Part shown: one piece after another, positions 38,647 to 52,955 of the stretch | Layout: each line of letters starts with the position of its first letter | How positions within the stretch are numbered: the stretch's first letter is position 1 | DNA from: Octopus sinensis | Taxonomy: Eukaryota | Direction of reading: 5' to 3' | Assembly: GCF_006345805.1 (NCBI RefSeq) | Contig: NC_043011.1 | Location: forward strand, 29,338,464 to 29,402,463 | Length of the DNA stretch: 64,000 nucleotides | Translations under genes and position numbers: made by a program | Notes under the pieces: generated by a model | Told to the model about the DNA's origin: nothing | Seen by the model: the letters and a program-made list of their open reading frames with translations, nothing else | Database searches by the model: none

Positions 38647-39746
38647 TATGACAGGCTCTCATATAGATATGCCTAACAAATTCCTGCTACTGAAGCTAGG
38701 ATCAAAAACATTTAGACAAATTTGGTGCCATGCAGTGAAATCATATTATTGTGAAGCCAATATCTTAATCATACAGCCACGCCTGGGCTGATACTAGAAA
38801 ACATGTAATCACACACGTTAGTAGTCAAATAATCTCACAAAATTTCCATTAGAATCTTACTTAGAATTCATTGTTCCAATATTATTGTGATGGTTTAAAC
38901 ACAATAGAGGAATAATGAATTTTAACCATCACAAATTGTTTCTGTTTTGTTTCTATTTGTATATCTTGATCATATCATGTATGTTTACAAACAGATCATT
39001 AATCTTCAATGGACAAATTATTAACCCATTAGATTCCATTTTTAGGACCACTCTACACCAAGTTAAAACATTTTAAGACGTAATTGTCTTAAAAGTATAC
39101 ATATATATGCACACATATACGTGTGTGCACACATGCATGTGAGCATGTGTATATAGACATGTACAAGTAAATTGATATTTATAATTTAAACATGCAAATA
39201 TATACTTTAAAAAGGTTAATGTATTTCAAATTGCTGAATATATTTCAAATTGATAAATATAATTTGAATGAGTAAATATTGTTCTAAATAAACAAATATA
39301 TTTCAAATAGATGACAATGTAGAGGATGGAGCAGAAAGCTGAGAAGTATTCAAAGAGTTAATGGACTAATGGGTTTAGGAATGCTGATAAGCCAAATGGA
39401 ACATAACAGACTTATAAAGAAAAAAAGAACAAATGTGGGATAAAAATAAATGAAATTCAAACATTGTTATGACATTAATATGAAAGAAAGTTATATGATT
39501 ACATACACATACATGTATATGTGCATGTATGCAAATTTTGTTTTATATCAAATGCATGAGAGAAGAGAGAGAGAGAGAGAATGTGGGTTTTTTTTCTTTT
39601 CTATTTTTTTTTTTTTTCAATCAAAACTGAAATTGAGGATTTTGCTTACAACTCTAGTTTCATGCCAAAGATTAAAATGGCATGAAACTTAGGTCAGAAG
39701 GGAAACTCTCAGTTTCAGTTTCAATGAAGACAATATATATAGTTGT

Positions 39747-39794
<48 letters not shown>

Positions 39795-40380
39795 ATGTGT
39801 ATATTTATATATATATATATATTTTATACTCACATATATATATATGCTTACATACACACACACACACATATATAAGTTTATATATATTGTATGCACATAA
39901 TAACAACAACAACCCACAAATCACATGATTCTTGAGATCACAGTCCATATTCCTGGGATGATTAAAGTCATGCTTGCACCTATATTATATATGTTATATA
40001 TATGTATAGCATATACATACGTGTGTGTGTGTGAATGTGTGTGTATGTGCGTATCTATACATATTAATAAGAACTGAGAAAATGTCAGAAGATATCCGTA
40101 TATTTTCTTTATTTATATGAAGTCTGGATTTACTTAAAGAAATTGTAGAATGCCGCTGCACAAAACACAAAACTAGCAGAGATTTACCATTTCCTTGCAA
40201 AAATCAAAACTTTTTACATTTCTCTAGATAAATAATGAAACAAAAAATACTTCCATCTTGTGACTTGTTTTCTGCATCATTATTGCTGTACACTTCCAAG
40301 AAGTATTATACAAGTATATAAATACACATGCACACATACACACACATATATGCATGTGTGTGTGTGAGCGTATGCATGTT

Positions 40381-40413
<33 letters not shown>

Positions 40414-40424
40414 CTATATATAAT

Positions 40425-40755
40425 ATATAATTATTTGAGGGATATTATTCCTAACTTACAGGGAAAAATTCAATTTAGAAATACTAATCAAATTTCACAA
40501 AATATAATACATATATATAAATTAGAAAAAACCCACCTTTTATCAATTCAAAATGATAAAATATAGCCATGAAACACGTGTCGTTATTCTACCAAATATT
40601 ACGTTTTTATTATTATTTTGCAATTTACTTAACCATTGGTGTATTATTGATATTTTATTTTAAATTTTTCTATAATGTGTAATTTTCTAGATGGTGTAAT
40701 TTAATTGTTCATTTTGAATTGATAAAAGGTGGGTATTTTTCTAATTTATATATAT
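40425..40755. mobile_element. (TA)-flanked unit with internal inverted repeat and truncated hammerhead-like motif
   Basis: 40510-40556 is approximately the reverse complement of 40709-40755; GAAAC ACGT GTC (palindromic stem III plus GUC) at 40571-40582. Confidence 0.5.
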
Positions 40756-41520
40756 ATATATATATATATCATCATCATCATCATCATCATCATCGTTTAG
40801 CGTCCGTTTTCCATGCTAGCATGGGTTGGACGGTTCAACTGGGGTCTGTGAAGCCAGAAGGTTCATCAGGCCCAGTCAGATCTGGCAGTGTTTCTACGGC
40901 TGGATGCCCTTCCTAACACCAACCACTCCGTGAGTGTAGTGGGTGCTTTTTACGTGCCACCCGCACTGATCACCATCATCATCATCCAGTGTTTTAAATC
41001 TAGGTTTTGTCCCTGTTAACAGGGGTAGTTGAATCTACCTCAATGCCACAGCAACCAAAGAAAGGCAGAGGTGCAGCCCACCCCAAACTTTGGGCTGGCT
41101 TGTGCCCATTCTCCTTTGTTTTCATTGGGCTTTTTTGGAGCTGGATTTTCTGTGGGGAGCATGCTCTTGCTTACCCCCAACATCAGTCTCTAGACATGAG
41201 TGGTCCCGAGAAAAGGACACCAGAACAAGCAGTTCACATAATGAGAATGAACATAATAGCATGTGGCTTGGAAGCGACATTCTTAATCAGACATCCATGC
41301 CTGTCTTATATCTTTTACTTGTTTCAGTCATTAGACTGTAGCCATGCTGGGGCACTGCCTTGAAGAAATTTTAGTTGACTGAATCAACGTCAGTACTTAT
41401 TAATTTTTTTTTAAACATGGTACTTATTCTATCAATCTCTTTTGCTGGACTGCTAAGTTACTGGGACATAAACACACCAGCACTGGTTGTTAGGCAGTAG
41501 TGTGGGACAAATGCACACAG

Positions 41521-41555
<35 letters not shown>

Positions 41556-42093
41556 ACAATATATTATGGGCTTCTTTCAGTTTCCATCTACCAAATCTAC
41601 TCACAAAACTTTGATTGGCCTGACGCTATAATACAAGACACTTGCTCAGAGTGAAATGCAGTGGGACTGAACCCAGAAACATGTGCTTAGAAAGGAAAGT
41701 TTTTACCACACAGCCACACCTGTGCCTCTGTATATTACATACTTTTTCATGTTTTAGAGATATAGATACATATGTTTTAGACATGTAAATATGTTTCATG
41801 CCAGCTTGGAAATGGACATTAAATGATAATGATTTAAATTATATAGATATGGTTTAACCATGCATAAAAAAACATATTTAAAATATATGAACATATTCTA
41901 AGAATATAAATATGCTTTATGTACATATATAAATTTGTTTTAAATAAATATAAATATCTTTTAAGCATATAAATTGTTTCAAATGTATAGCTGTTTTATC
42001 ATAAGAATTTGCATTAAAACCCTTTAGCACAGATAGGACATCGTATGTAAACAAAAATCTCAAAATATTTCTTGTGGTTTAAAGAGGTTCAAA

Positions 42094-42139
<46 letters not shown>

Positions 42140-42174
42140 AGACAGAGATAAACAGATAGATAGATAGATAGATT

Positions 42175-42231
<57 letters not shown>

Positions 42232-42312
42232 GTAGACAGACAGAGATAGATAGATAGATTGATAGACAGACAGACAGACAGACAGACAGATAGATAGATA
42301 GATAGATAGATT

Positions 42313-42366
<54 letters not shown>

Positions 42367-43925
42367 AGATAGATAGATAGATAGATAGGCAGATGTATAG
42401 ATTGACTGTTTTATACAAGATGCATAACTAAAGGAAACTATTAAGGAATGGCAATTAAATATGTTTCTAAATCTATGTGTTTGGGGAAAGTGCTTATCTG
42501 CTGAACCAATTTTTAACTCTGCCCAAATGAAAAGAAATATGTATTTAGATACCAGGGAACTGCATTGTAATGATAGACATTAGAGATTCCACCATCAGTA
42601 TTTCCTACCACCATAATGAGCATGGGAATAAAGGGTGCAGGGCTTGTGAGCACATCTAAATTTCTGTTTTTGGTGGTGGTGGTGGGGCTCAAAATACAAA
42701 TTTTCCCCCTACCTGCTTTTCTCAGGTTTTAGAAAATAGTGCATAAAAAGGGATCTATAAAAAGTAGCTTGAAGTTAGGTTTCTTCTCAAAGAACAAAAC
42801 ATAAATAAATAAAAACAATAAAAAGTTTGGACCTGGTCTTGCACTCCTTAAGCAAATTTCATTCTTGAGCCAGTGACCATCACTGTCTGAAGGTTCAGTC
42901 CAAAATTTACTACATTTTATTATTTACCAACACACACATACATATCTGTATACATGTACATTTCCACATGCAATTTAAAAAATAGGGCACCCGACCCATT
43001 CAGATTTTCTGTCTCTCACCCATACATATCAAATACATCTGGCTTCCAAGCTATCCTCTGCCCCTACAGGCAGCTACCCCTTATACCATGAAGACAACAT
43101 GATCCTTGTATGAAGGGTATAATTCAAGATGAATTTCTCTCTGAAATTCCCACATGGGATTTTGCTTCATTCTAGACATTTGCAACACCTGCAAACTTCT
43201 TGATCTCCAGTAGCAGAGACCTGTCACCATACTTTCATACCAACCCAGCTGATGAGGGTTAGGATTGGGTTTTCCCCTTAACACATGTGTGAAACTGGTT
43301 AGTAAACTCAGTTGAAATGAATCTATTATATATTATATAAATATTAATGTATTAACTCTGTTGATAAATATAGATGTGTCTACTTTTCCTGACTTACGAA
43401 TTTTTAGACAACTAAACACATGTGCATTTATATGTATGTATATATATATGTGAGTGTGTGTGTATGTATATATATATATATGCATATACATGTCTATCTA
43501 TCTATTTATCTATCTATCTATTTATCTATCTATCTATATGTTTATGTTTTTTATACATGTATGTGTATGTATATATTAATGTGTGTTTATATGCCAAGTT
43601 ATATGTTATATATTAAAAACAATTTAATAATAAACTGAAGGAAAGCTCAATAGCTTTTGTATAGTATGTATTTATTAACTTTCACAAGGAAAAGTTTCTC
43701 AGAGACTTCAAAGTTCTAGCTTGCTTGCCTTTGTAGACAATCTAATGAAGGTGAATAGACTGAGACTTTTAAGTCACTGTCAAAATTCTTCATTAACAAG
43801 TTAATCAAAACATATGTGCATTCTTATACAGAAAAACAAAAGAGAAATACACATGTATATATATATATATCTATATATATATCTATATCTATATATATAT
43901 ATATATATATATAGATATATATATA

Positions 43926-43966
<41 letters not shown>

Positions 43967-44891
43967 TATATATCATCATCATCATCATCGTCATCGTTAT
44001 TCAATGTCTGCTTTCTATGCTGGCATGGGTTTGACGGTTTGACTGAGGACTGGCAAACCAGAAGGCTGTGCCAGGCTCCAATTTGATCTGGTAAGGTTTC
44101 TACAGCTGGATGCACTTCCTAACACCAACCATTCCGAGGGTGTAGTGGGTGCTTTGTACGTACCACTGGAATGGGAGCCAGTCAGGCGGCACTAGCAATG
44201 GACACGTACGAATGGTGCTTTTTACATGCCACCGGCACAGGAGCCAATCAGGTGGCACTGGCAATGGCCAATCTCGAATGGTGCTTGTATATGCCACCAG
44301 CATGGGTTACGAGAACATATATATACATATACATATATATACATATATATATATCGCCATCATCATCATCATCATCATTTAACATCTGCTCTCCATGCTG
44401 GCATGGGTTGGGTGGTTTGACTGAGGACTGGCAAGCCAGGGGGCTGCACTAGGCTCAAGTCTGATCTGGCAATGTTTCTACAGCTGGATGTCCTTCCTAA
44501 TGCCCACCACTCCAGGAGTGTAGTGGGTGCTTCTTATGTGCCACTGGCATGGGGATCAGTCAGGCAGTATTGGCATCAACCATGCTCAAATGGTGCTTTT
44601 TACCATGCCACCAGTATGGGAGCCAGTCAAGCGGAATTGGCATCGACCATACTCAAATGGTGCTTTTTACATGCCACCAGCACTAGCATTGCCCGCGCTC
44701 AAATGGTGGAAAAATGTTACTTTCTTTCTCTCATGACTGTTTGAGTAAAGAGTTAAACTTTAGTTATTTAATATTTTACTGCTGTATATTATAGAGTGTG
44801 TTTCTTATTCAGATGTATGATATATTGAGAAAGATTTATATATATTTATATGATATATATGTACTTACATATATATATTATATATATATAT

Positions 44892-44951
<60 letters not shown>

Positions 44952-45630
44952 TATATATTATATGTATGTATTTAATATGAGTTGCACCAATGGCAGCATG
45001 TAAAAAAGGAAAAAGGACATTAAATTATGAATGTGTGTGTATTTGTGTGTTTGTGTCTGTGTATATGTTTCAGTGTGTGTGAGTGTTTGTGGACTCCCTG
45101 AAAACACTCAAGATTATATCTGAAAATTTGTATTAAGGTTACAAGAATTGTGGAATTTAAAATGAAAAATAGACACATTTATGTGAAAGATCCAATATTT
45201 TATATCTCCACAAGATATCACCTTTTGTCCTGCATATATCACATAGCATTTACTTTACATGTTTATCTTAGCAGAATCCTTTACTGTGTGTAAATTCGTT
45301 AAAATCTGTAATATAACATGCAGTATCTTTGTCAGTTTATATCTAATATTCCTCATAAGTTAACATCACTTTTCAAGATGTTGCTGGAGTAAGTATTTTC
45401 TAAAGACATATAGTGTGACATCTCTCAAGTATATATGTGAATATTTAGGAGATAGAAAAGTCTAACAAGAAGTTTCTCTAAAGCTATTCTCAAAGTGTTG
45501 TGTAATTGTTAAATTTTTGAACAATCTCCTTTTAAAAATAGTACAATTTGTATAAAACTAACAAAGCCAAATGAATAGAAATCTTAAGGTAGCATTCTAC
45601 ATACACATACTTTTGGATATATTAATAGAG

Positions 45631-45853
45631 TATGAGGTGGGGTGCTGAAGAGTTCCTGGTTTTAAGGGTATTGCAAAAGACCTAGTTGGAGGGCCAACCT
45701 CCCCGTGTTGTTTTACAAGGATTAGAAAAAGTGAAGGGCCACTGCAATAAGTGTGTGAATCTGAGAGGGAATATGTTGAATAAAATCATAATTAACTGAT
45801 CCTCTAGTATTTTCTTTTACCAAAAGCCAGGAACTTTACAGTGCCCACTCATA
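45631..45853 (+). mobile_element. Mariner-type MITE
   Basis: TA-GAGG..GGTGCTGAAGAGTTCCTGG / CCAGGAACTTTACAGTGCCCACTCA-TA termini; internal CNKCVNLRGEYVE* resembles the mariner C-terminus. Confidence 0.8.
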
Positions 45854-46793
45854 GTGTTCAATATATGTAGTATTGTAAGTTAAACATTTCTGATTAACTG
45901 AGTTTATTCATACCATTAATAAGGATGAAAACTCCCTCTGGAAGAAGTTAATAATCTCAAAATAGCAAGCAAGGAAGGTAACTCTCATGACATCAACTAA
46001 ATTATGCAAAGATTTTCAACTTACTTTGTGACATATCTTAATTCCTACCATATTTGTATTTAGTATATGAAGAACAATTTCTTGTAGTATCCCTCCTCCC
46101 ACAACCCTATTGCTGATATACATACACCTATGTTGGTGCCATGTAAGATGCAAACAGACTCTATAAGGTGGTTGGTATTGTGAAAGCATGCAGTCTTAGA
46201 AGCCATACCAAAAGAGACACTGATGCCTGGTACAGCTCCCAACCTTGCAAGCTCCTGCCAAACTGTCCAACCCATGCCAACATGGAAAACAGATGTTGAA
46301 TGATGATGATGATGATTATGGTGATGGTGATGATGATGATGATGAGGAGGAGGAACATCTCTGCATCCCTCTTATTTCTGCATATATTGATCACCTCAAA
46401 GTGTTGGCAAGTGAGCGGATTATACTTTGCTGCGGACGTCAAATAAGATTCAAAATATGTCTGTAGTTTTCACTGGTTATCTTTAAAAACAAGAACCGTT
46501 CCCATCTGAATTGTCATTTTCAAAGAAAATATTTGGTGACCAGTTATTGTTATATATATATCTTTTGTCTTGTACTTGGTTAAGTCATTGAATTATGGCC
46601 ATGCTGGAGTACTGCCTTGAAGGCTTTATCAAATAAATCAACCCCACTACTTATTCTTATAAGCTTGACAGTTATTCTATTTGTCTCTTTTGCCAGACTG
46701 CTTAGTTATGGAGATGTAAACAAAAACCAACACCAACTGTCAAGCAGTGGCACAGGACAAACACAAACACAAACATGCACCCACACGCGCACG

Positions 46794-46829
<36 letters not shown>

Positions 46830-48253
46830 AACACACAAACATACAACAGGCTTCTTTCAGTTTTACATCTAACATTGTCATCTAACATTGGTTGACTCTG
46901 GGGCTATAGTAGAAGATACTTGCCCAAGCTGCCATGCAGCAGGACTGAACCAGGAACCATGTGGTTGGTAAGCAGCTACGATGGTGCTTCTGGTCATGCC
47001 TGCATGTATTGTGTCTGTGTGTGTACACATATTGATACACACACACACACGCACACATGCATGCACACACACACACACACACATGCACACACACACACCT
47101 GATGGGTTTCTGTGCAGTTCCTTTAACCAATTTCCCTCTCAAGATATTGGACAAACTGAGGCTATAGCAGAAGACCCTTGTTGAAGATATCAGAGTAGGA
47201 TTGAACCCAAAACCATGTGGTTGCTAAGTGAATCACTAATGCATGCAACCATGATTTCACTTATTTAAATACTTAAAATGAAGTGAAATAAAAGAATAAA
47301 CTATAAAATGGAAGAAATAGAAAATGATGCATCAAGAATTCCCAGAAATAATGAAAGATTATCAACAAAAGATGTAAAGAAATAAACAGCAGCAAAAAAA
47401 AATATAAATAATTAAATAAATAACTGTAATTATAAAAAATTTTAAATGTTGATGATTTTATGAGCAAAATAGATTGTTTGTTTCGAACTGAAACATTTTC
47501 CAGGAAGAACAAACAATACTAGAGATGAGATAGTGGCCCCAGTGGAGATAGAAAAGAATGAAAGAGTTCTTGAAGAAAATATGATGTGATAAAGGAAGAA
47601 GGCAACAAAGAAGCCCCTTCAGAGTGAACAATAGAAAGAAACAAACAAAACAGGGAATAATGTAGAACTAAGAGACAATACTGTAACATAGTTTAGAAAT
47701 GACTGTTAAAAATATCATAGGAAAAACATTCATGAGAGGAGTAAAAAGTAGGATTGGTGAAAAGAACAGAAATTACCCAAGGACTTGTGATAATCTGTGA
47801 CTGGAAGGGCTCCTCTTGTTTGTAAAAATACTAAAACTTTTCGCTGAAGCACAACCACAAGTGCTCATGAAATATTTGCTAGTCTCTTAATATTGCTTTC
47901 GTTTTTGCCTTTTTTGGTTTTTGTTTTTGAAGCGATTTTTTTTTTATTTTGAAGATGGAGAGACAACACTGAAATGGCAAACTAAGGTGGAACTAAACCT
48001 AATAAATAAATCTGAGAACACATGAGAACTTTCCAGTGTTGTTTATCAATTGTTTACAATAAAGAGAGAGAAGTAAAATAAAAGATTTTTGCTTAAACAT
48101 TTTCTCATAAAGAAAATGCATACCTTAGAAACATGCTTTACCTTGATGGAAAAAAAAGAGAGCAAAATGTGCTTTTGAAAAAGAGACCTGAGGGTCAAAT
48201 AGTGATTGACAAAGCCATAATGAAAGATAGCAGAATGAAGATAAAGCTATTAA

Positions 48254-48469
48254 TCCTTTTGTTACTGTATTTATTTTGAGATGCTCTGTGTTTCAATTAC
48301 TTTAAATATAACAAAAAATTTAGTAAAATAACTTAGTTATCATTAAGCTAGTGTGAGGAACATAAATTGCGACTAAGGCTTGGTGGGAAATTTTAATTCA
48401 AAACTTATGAAAACAAGACGTTTGTACTCAGAGCCAGAGCCAGTTTCAGCCGGGTTGGTAATGAAAGGG
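48254..48469 (+). mobile_element. piggyBac-type MITE
   Basis: TTAA|TCCTTTTGTTAC...GTAATGAAAGGG|TTAA. Confidence 0.75.
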
Positions 48470-49094
48470 TTAAAATAATACAAAGAATAACAATTTTAAC
48501 ATGCTACAGATCGAATACAATAATATATCTTCTTCTACATTAAAAGAAGCTGAAAAAGAAGACCAGCTATCACTAAAGTAGCTTAAGTCCCACACACACA
48601 CATGCACACACTCATTCACATTCATACACACACACACACTCACACACATATATACACACATATATACATATTGAGGAATATCCAGATTTCAAGTTTAGGT
48701 TTATACCTGGGGCACTGGGATATGTATTATTGGGGCACTGGGATATGTAACACTGCCTAAATCTTGAGAAATTAGGCTTCTCAAAACCAGAAAGGAGAAA
48801 GCTGATTTGAAGACTACAGATCCAAGCCATAGCAGAAACTGAAAATTTGTAAAACTTTCCAGAAGTTTATGATTTATGAATATATGAGCATGTCTGGATA
48901 TGCAACTAAATGCATGAGAATACATACATAAAACAAAACATACAAATCTGCACGTATACATAAATACAAAAATATTCTGTTGTTGATGTTGAAATTCCAA
49001 TGAAGAAGCCTCGGATCTAGGTTAGAAACTCGCTCTTTCACTATTGGTAAGAAATCTTGAAATAATTCTGAATAATGACAAACATACATACATA

Positions 49095-49390
49095 CAGGAG
49101 ATCAAAGAGGAAAAGGATCCCATCAACTTTAAACGGAGTCTGGATAGATTCCTTCAAAGAATACCAGATAAGCCACCCATAATTGGATACAACTCACCCA
49201 ACAAGAACTCACTACTTGAACAAAACTTGATACAACTCACCCAACAAGAACTCAATACTTGAACAATACTTGACTTAAACAAAACTTGACTTAAACAGGA
49301 TTTGAATAATCCTATCAGGTGGTGCTATTAAGTTAGACATGGCCTGGACCAATCTTTGGTCGAAACATATCTAAGTTATCTAAGTTATCT
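49095..49390 (+). mobile_element. 5'-truncated CR1-clade LINE 3' end
   Basis: IKEEKDPINFKRSLDRFLQRIPDKP matches CR1 ORF2 C-termini; 3' tail (CTAAGTTAT)n. Confidence 0.7.
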
Positions 49391-49619
49391 ACACACATGG
49401 ACTTTAAATGAATGAAAGGAGTGAACAATAGTTTGATGAAGAACCCACAAAATTATTGGTGAAAAATCTGTAGTTGATCATCGCTGCTTGCTTTTTCAAG
49501 CATCAACAGACTTGGTAGTAACCCCCAAAATTATCTCACATCTTTTCAACAACTTGGACTCACTTTTTGAATTAATTCTTCTATCACCCATAGATATACT
49601 TATAAAATTTAAAAAAGAA

Positions 49620-49900
49620 AATTAAACAAAACAGCACAACATGCATGACTTTTGGAAACATTTTCCCATCTTCAAAATGTTAGAGCCTGGAAGGAACTAC
49701 CCCCATCAGTTGTTAGCTGTCATGACATGATCTTCAAAAATTCCATGCTTCTCAAAACTGACATGCTTATTCATCCATTCCTCTTCATGCCTCTTTTACT
49801 AATCTACTTTATGTCTATTAAAATTTTATTCTGTGTACTGTGTATGCACATTTGGTTTTCATTGCTGCCATTCTTTACTTGAGTTAGTGCCAATTTCTGT
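49620..49900 (+). mobile_element. CR1/L2-like ORF2 end remnant
   Basis: FSHLQNVRAWKELPPSVVSC resembles the W..LP..VV motif ending CR1/L2 ORF2. Confidence 0.5.
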
Positions 49901-50008
49901 CTCTTTTCTGTTTTTTACCTATTTTGACATACATGTTCATCACAGGAGTATATACAAGGAGCTCATTATTATTATTATTATTATTATCATTATTACCATT
50001 ATTATCAC

Positions 50009-50041
<33 letters not shown>

Positions 50042-50275
50042 GGCAGGGAACTAGCAAATTCATTAGCATGCCGGGTGAAATGCTTAGCAGTATTTTGTCT
50101 GTCTTTACGTTCTGAGCTCAAATTCTGCCGAGGTCGACTTTGCATTTCATCCTTTTGGGGTCAACAAAATAAGTACCAGTTGCACACTGGGATTGATGCA
50201 ATCAACATACCCTCTCACTCAAATTATAGGCCTTGTGCCCTTAGTAGAAAGGATTATTATTATTATTATTATAGA

Positions 50276-50826
50276 AAGAAAGTTGAGGTTCGGTCTTATT
50301 CCTGGTAGAATTTATGTGGGTAGTAGATTAGCATCCACATGTTTTTAGCAGTCTTTCAATTGCTTAGAACCCTCCTGATAATCCTTACTGTCCATTACTA
50401 TTATTAGTATTATCATTATTACTATTATTATTTTTATTGTGTTTCTTCCTTCTTTCTTCAAATTTTCTTCCGTTTCTCGCCAAGTGTTTTCCATACACCT
50501 AGGGCAGAGAAGCTCATTGTATGCATTCCCAGATTACAAGCGCAAATTCACAGATAAAATATGTATTTAAAAATTAATAAATAAATAAATTCATGGATGG
50601 ATGTTGTTTTCACCAGTACATGAGCCGTTCCAGTTAATATGATTTTTTGCACTTCCTGTAGGGATGGTAAGCCTGGAATCATTTTCAATTAGGTTTCAGT
50701 CATTTTTTTTATCATTCCTAGAGATCCTACAATCACTGGTACTGTAGTCGCCTTGAGATGCCACAGTTTTTCAATTTCTATTAGCAAGTCTTTATATTTA
50801 CTAATCTTGTCAAATTCTTTGGCCGC
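50276..50826 (-). mobile_element. 5'-truncated R4/Dong-like (RLE) non-LTR element in an (AAT)n tract
   Basis: Minus strand: KEFDKISKYKDLLIEIEKLWHLKATTVPVIVGSLGMIKKMTET*LKMIPGLPSLQEVQKIILTGTAHVL; (AAT)n on both flanks. Confidence 0.85.
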
Positions 50827-50878
<52 letters not shown>

Positions 50879-51891
50879 CATCATCATCATCATTATTATT
50901 ATTTTTGAAACCACCTTTGTACTGTGCAATCACTTGTGTACCCCTCTCCCCACGCTCTGTTGATTCTGGCAGCAGTTTGGGAGGCATTGTGCCCAAGCTT
51001 GAACTCATGCAAGAAAAGTAAGCAAAGGTCTTTTTTTTTTGTTATGTTCCTAATTAAGGGCACCTATGCTTCAAGAGTGTTTTCTGTCTGAAATAAGTAG
51101 AAAATTATTGAAGAGAATACATCAATTATTAAGTGCCGAAATTCACCTAAAATATAATTAAAATACTATGATAAATTACGTTTAAAAACACAATACTTAG
51201 AGTGGCCATTATTTTCAGAACTATCTAATATTATGCTTTGATATTGCCTTGTTTTGTATGAACTGTATTTGGCTGTATCCACCAAAGCAACAAAATGTAT
51301 CAGGTAATAGATTTTCAATTGCTGTAATTGAACATAGGTCCATGAGACAACTGTGGAAATGCTAGGTCAATGAGGCGACTGGAAATTCGTAGAGAATGCA
51401 ATGAACTAGAAATATCCAAAATGTGTTGAAGATGCACAGAAGCTGATTGAAAAAAAAGGAAAAATAAAAGTTTTTAAAATATTCATTTTTTTTTTCAGAA
51501 TATCCAAATTGCACAAAGAAGATAATATTTAAATATGATGTTTCTAGACACAACCAAACTTTTGCAGAATAACTAATTTAATGATAAATATCTACCATAC
51601 ATAATTTAACACATATACCAAAAGGAAAAAAAATAAAAGCTGAAGCACATGATCAGAGTTTGAAGAAAATTACATAAAAGCTGACACTCCCATGTGTATC
51701 CTGGATTTAGAATGAATAAATGGTTTTAAAAAAATACATGCAGAGGCATACAATGCTACATGATGTAAGAGGTGACTAAAAAGGTTGGTGAGAGGGTAAG
51801 GTAGGGCATCGGGCTGTAAAAATATTACTTCCAAAAGTCTGTCCAACCTAATTCTGCATGGAAAAGCAGGTGTAAAATGTTGAGGATAATA

Positions 51892-51925
<34 letters not shown>

Positions 51926-52190
51926 GGAGGAGGAGGAGGAGGAGGAGGAGGAAAAGAAGGAGGAAGAGGGGGTGAGAAGGGATAGGAGGTGGAGGAGGAT
52001 TATAGTCATGACAATGGTCATTATGATGATTATGATAATGACAATGATGAGAATATGATGGTGATGATAATGATGGGGATGATGATGATGGGTCAGTTGA
52101 TCTCATCAACACCAGTAATTAGCTGCTACTTTATATTATTAACCCCAATATAGATTATCATTGTAATCTATACTCCCCAAACCTTTTGGC

Positions 52191-52231
<41 letters not shown>

Positions 52232-52315
52232 TATATATATATAAATATGCATGTATATACATATACATAATTACATACATATATATGTGTGTGTTTGTGT
52301 GCATGTATATATATA

Positions 52316-52347
<32 letters not shown>

Positions 52348-52489
52348 TCCTAAACACATACAGGGTTGACAGTTGAGTTGAAAAGAACGTTACTCTGCAA
52401 TACCTATCCTAGGTGAGTGGTTTTCACTCAGTGGGTACTTATTGTCTTGCTGATGTTAAATGAAAGATGAAATAATGATAATAATCTCT

Positions 52490-52955
52490 TGGTATAAAAG
52501 ATGGGCTACAACAAATGTTCGGCTCCATACCATAGATTTGCTTATCAGTTGCTTGACCATGACCAGTTGAGCATGTCCCTTAGTGGCTGATGATATGTGC
52601 GTCTCTGATTATGAGCAGAAGCAGTGGGGAAGCATCATAACCATGTGCTGAGAGGAATTCTTTGAGGTTTGGATAATTCACCTTTGGAAACATGGCTGTT
52701 TCCTTCAACATCCTTAAAGAAACTTTATTCAGTGACTTTTTGAGTGGTATGGGCTACTCAACCTGAAGAAAATTCTAACTGGGCGCCACCTACAAGGTCA
52801 TGCACTGCTTATCTTGATAGGAGATCACCATGTCATGAACATATCGTTGTGATGCATGTGGCTGGTGTACCCTTATCAGACGGGTAGTCATGATGGGTAT
52901 ATTGGGCTTCATATATTTTACCCCAGTGTCACTCTGATGGCATATGCTGCTCTCT
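52490..52955 (+). mobile_element. Unclassified interspersed repeat (about 470 bp) with (AAT)n tail in other copies
   Basis: Similar copy at 56665-57125 and 3' fragment at 58075-58205. Confidence 0.7.

Noticed and set aside
43248-43285. CTGATGA GGG...CCC hairpin
   Set aside because: No GAAA strand follows
48700-48750. Short direct repeat GGGGCACTGGGATATGTA x2
   Set aside because: Simple local duplication with no further structure
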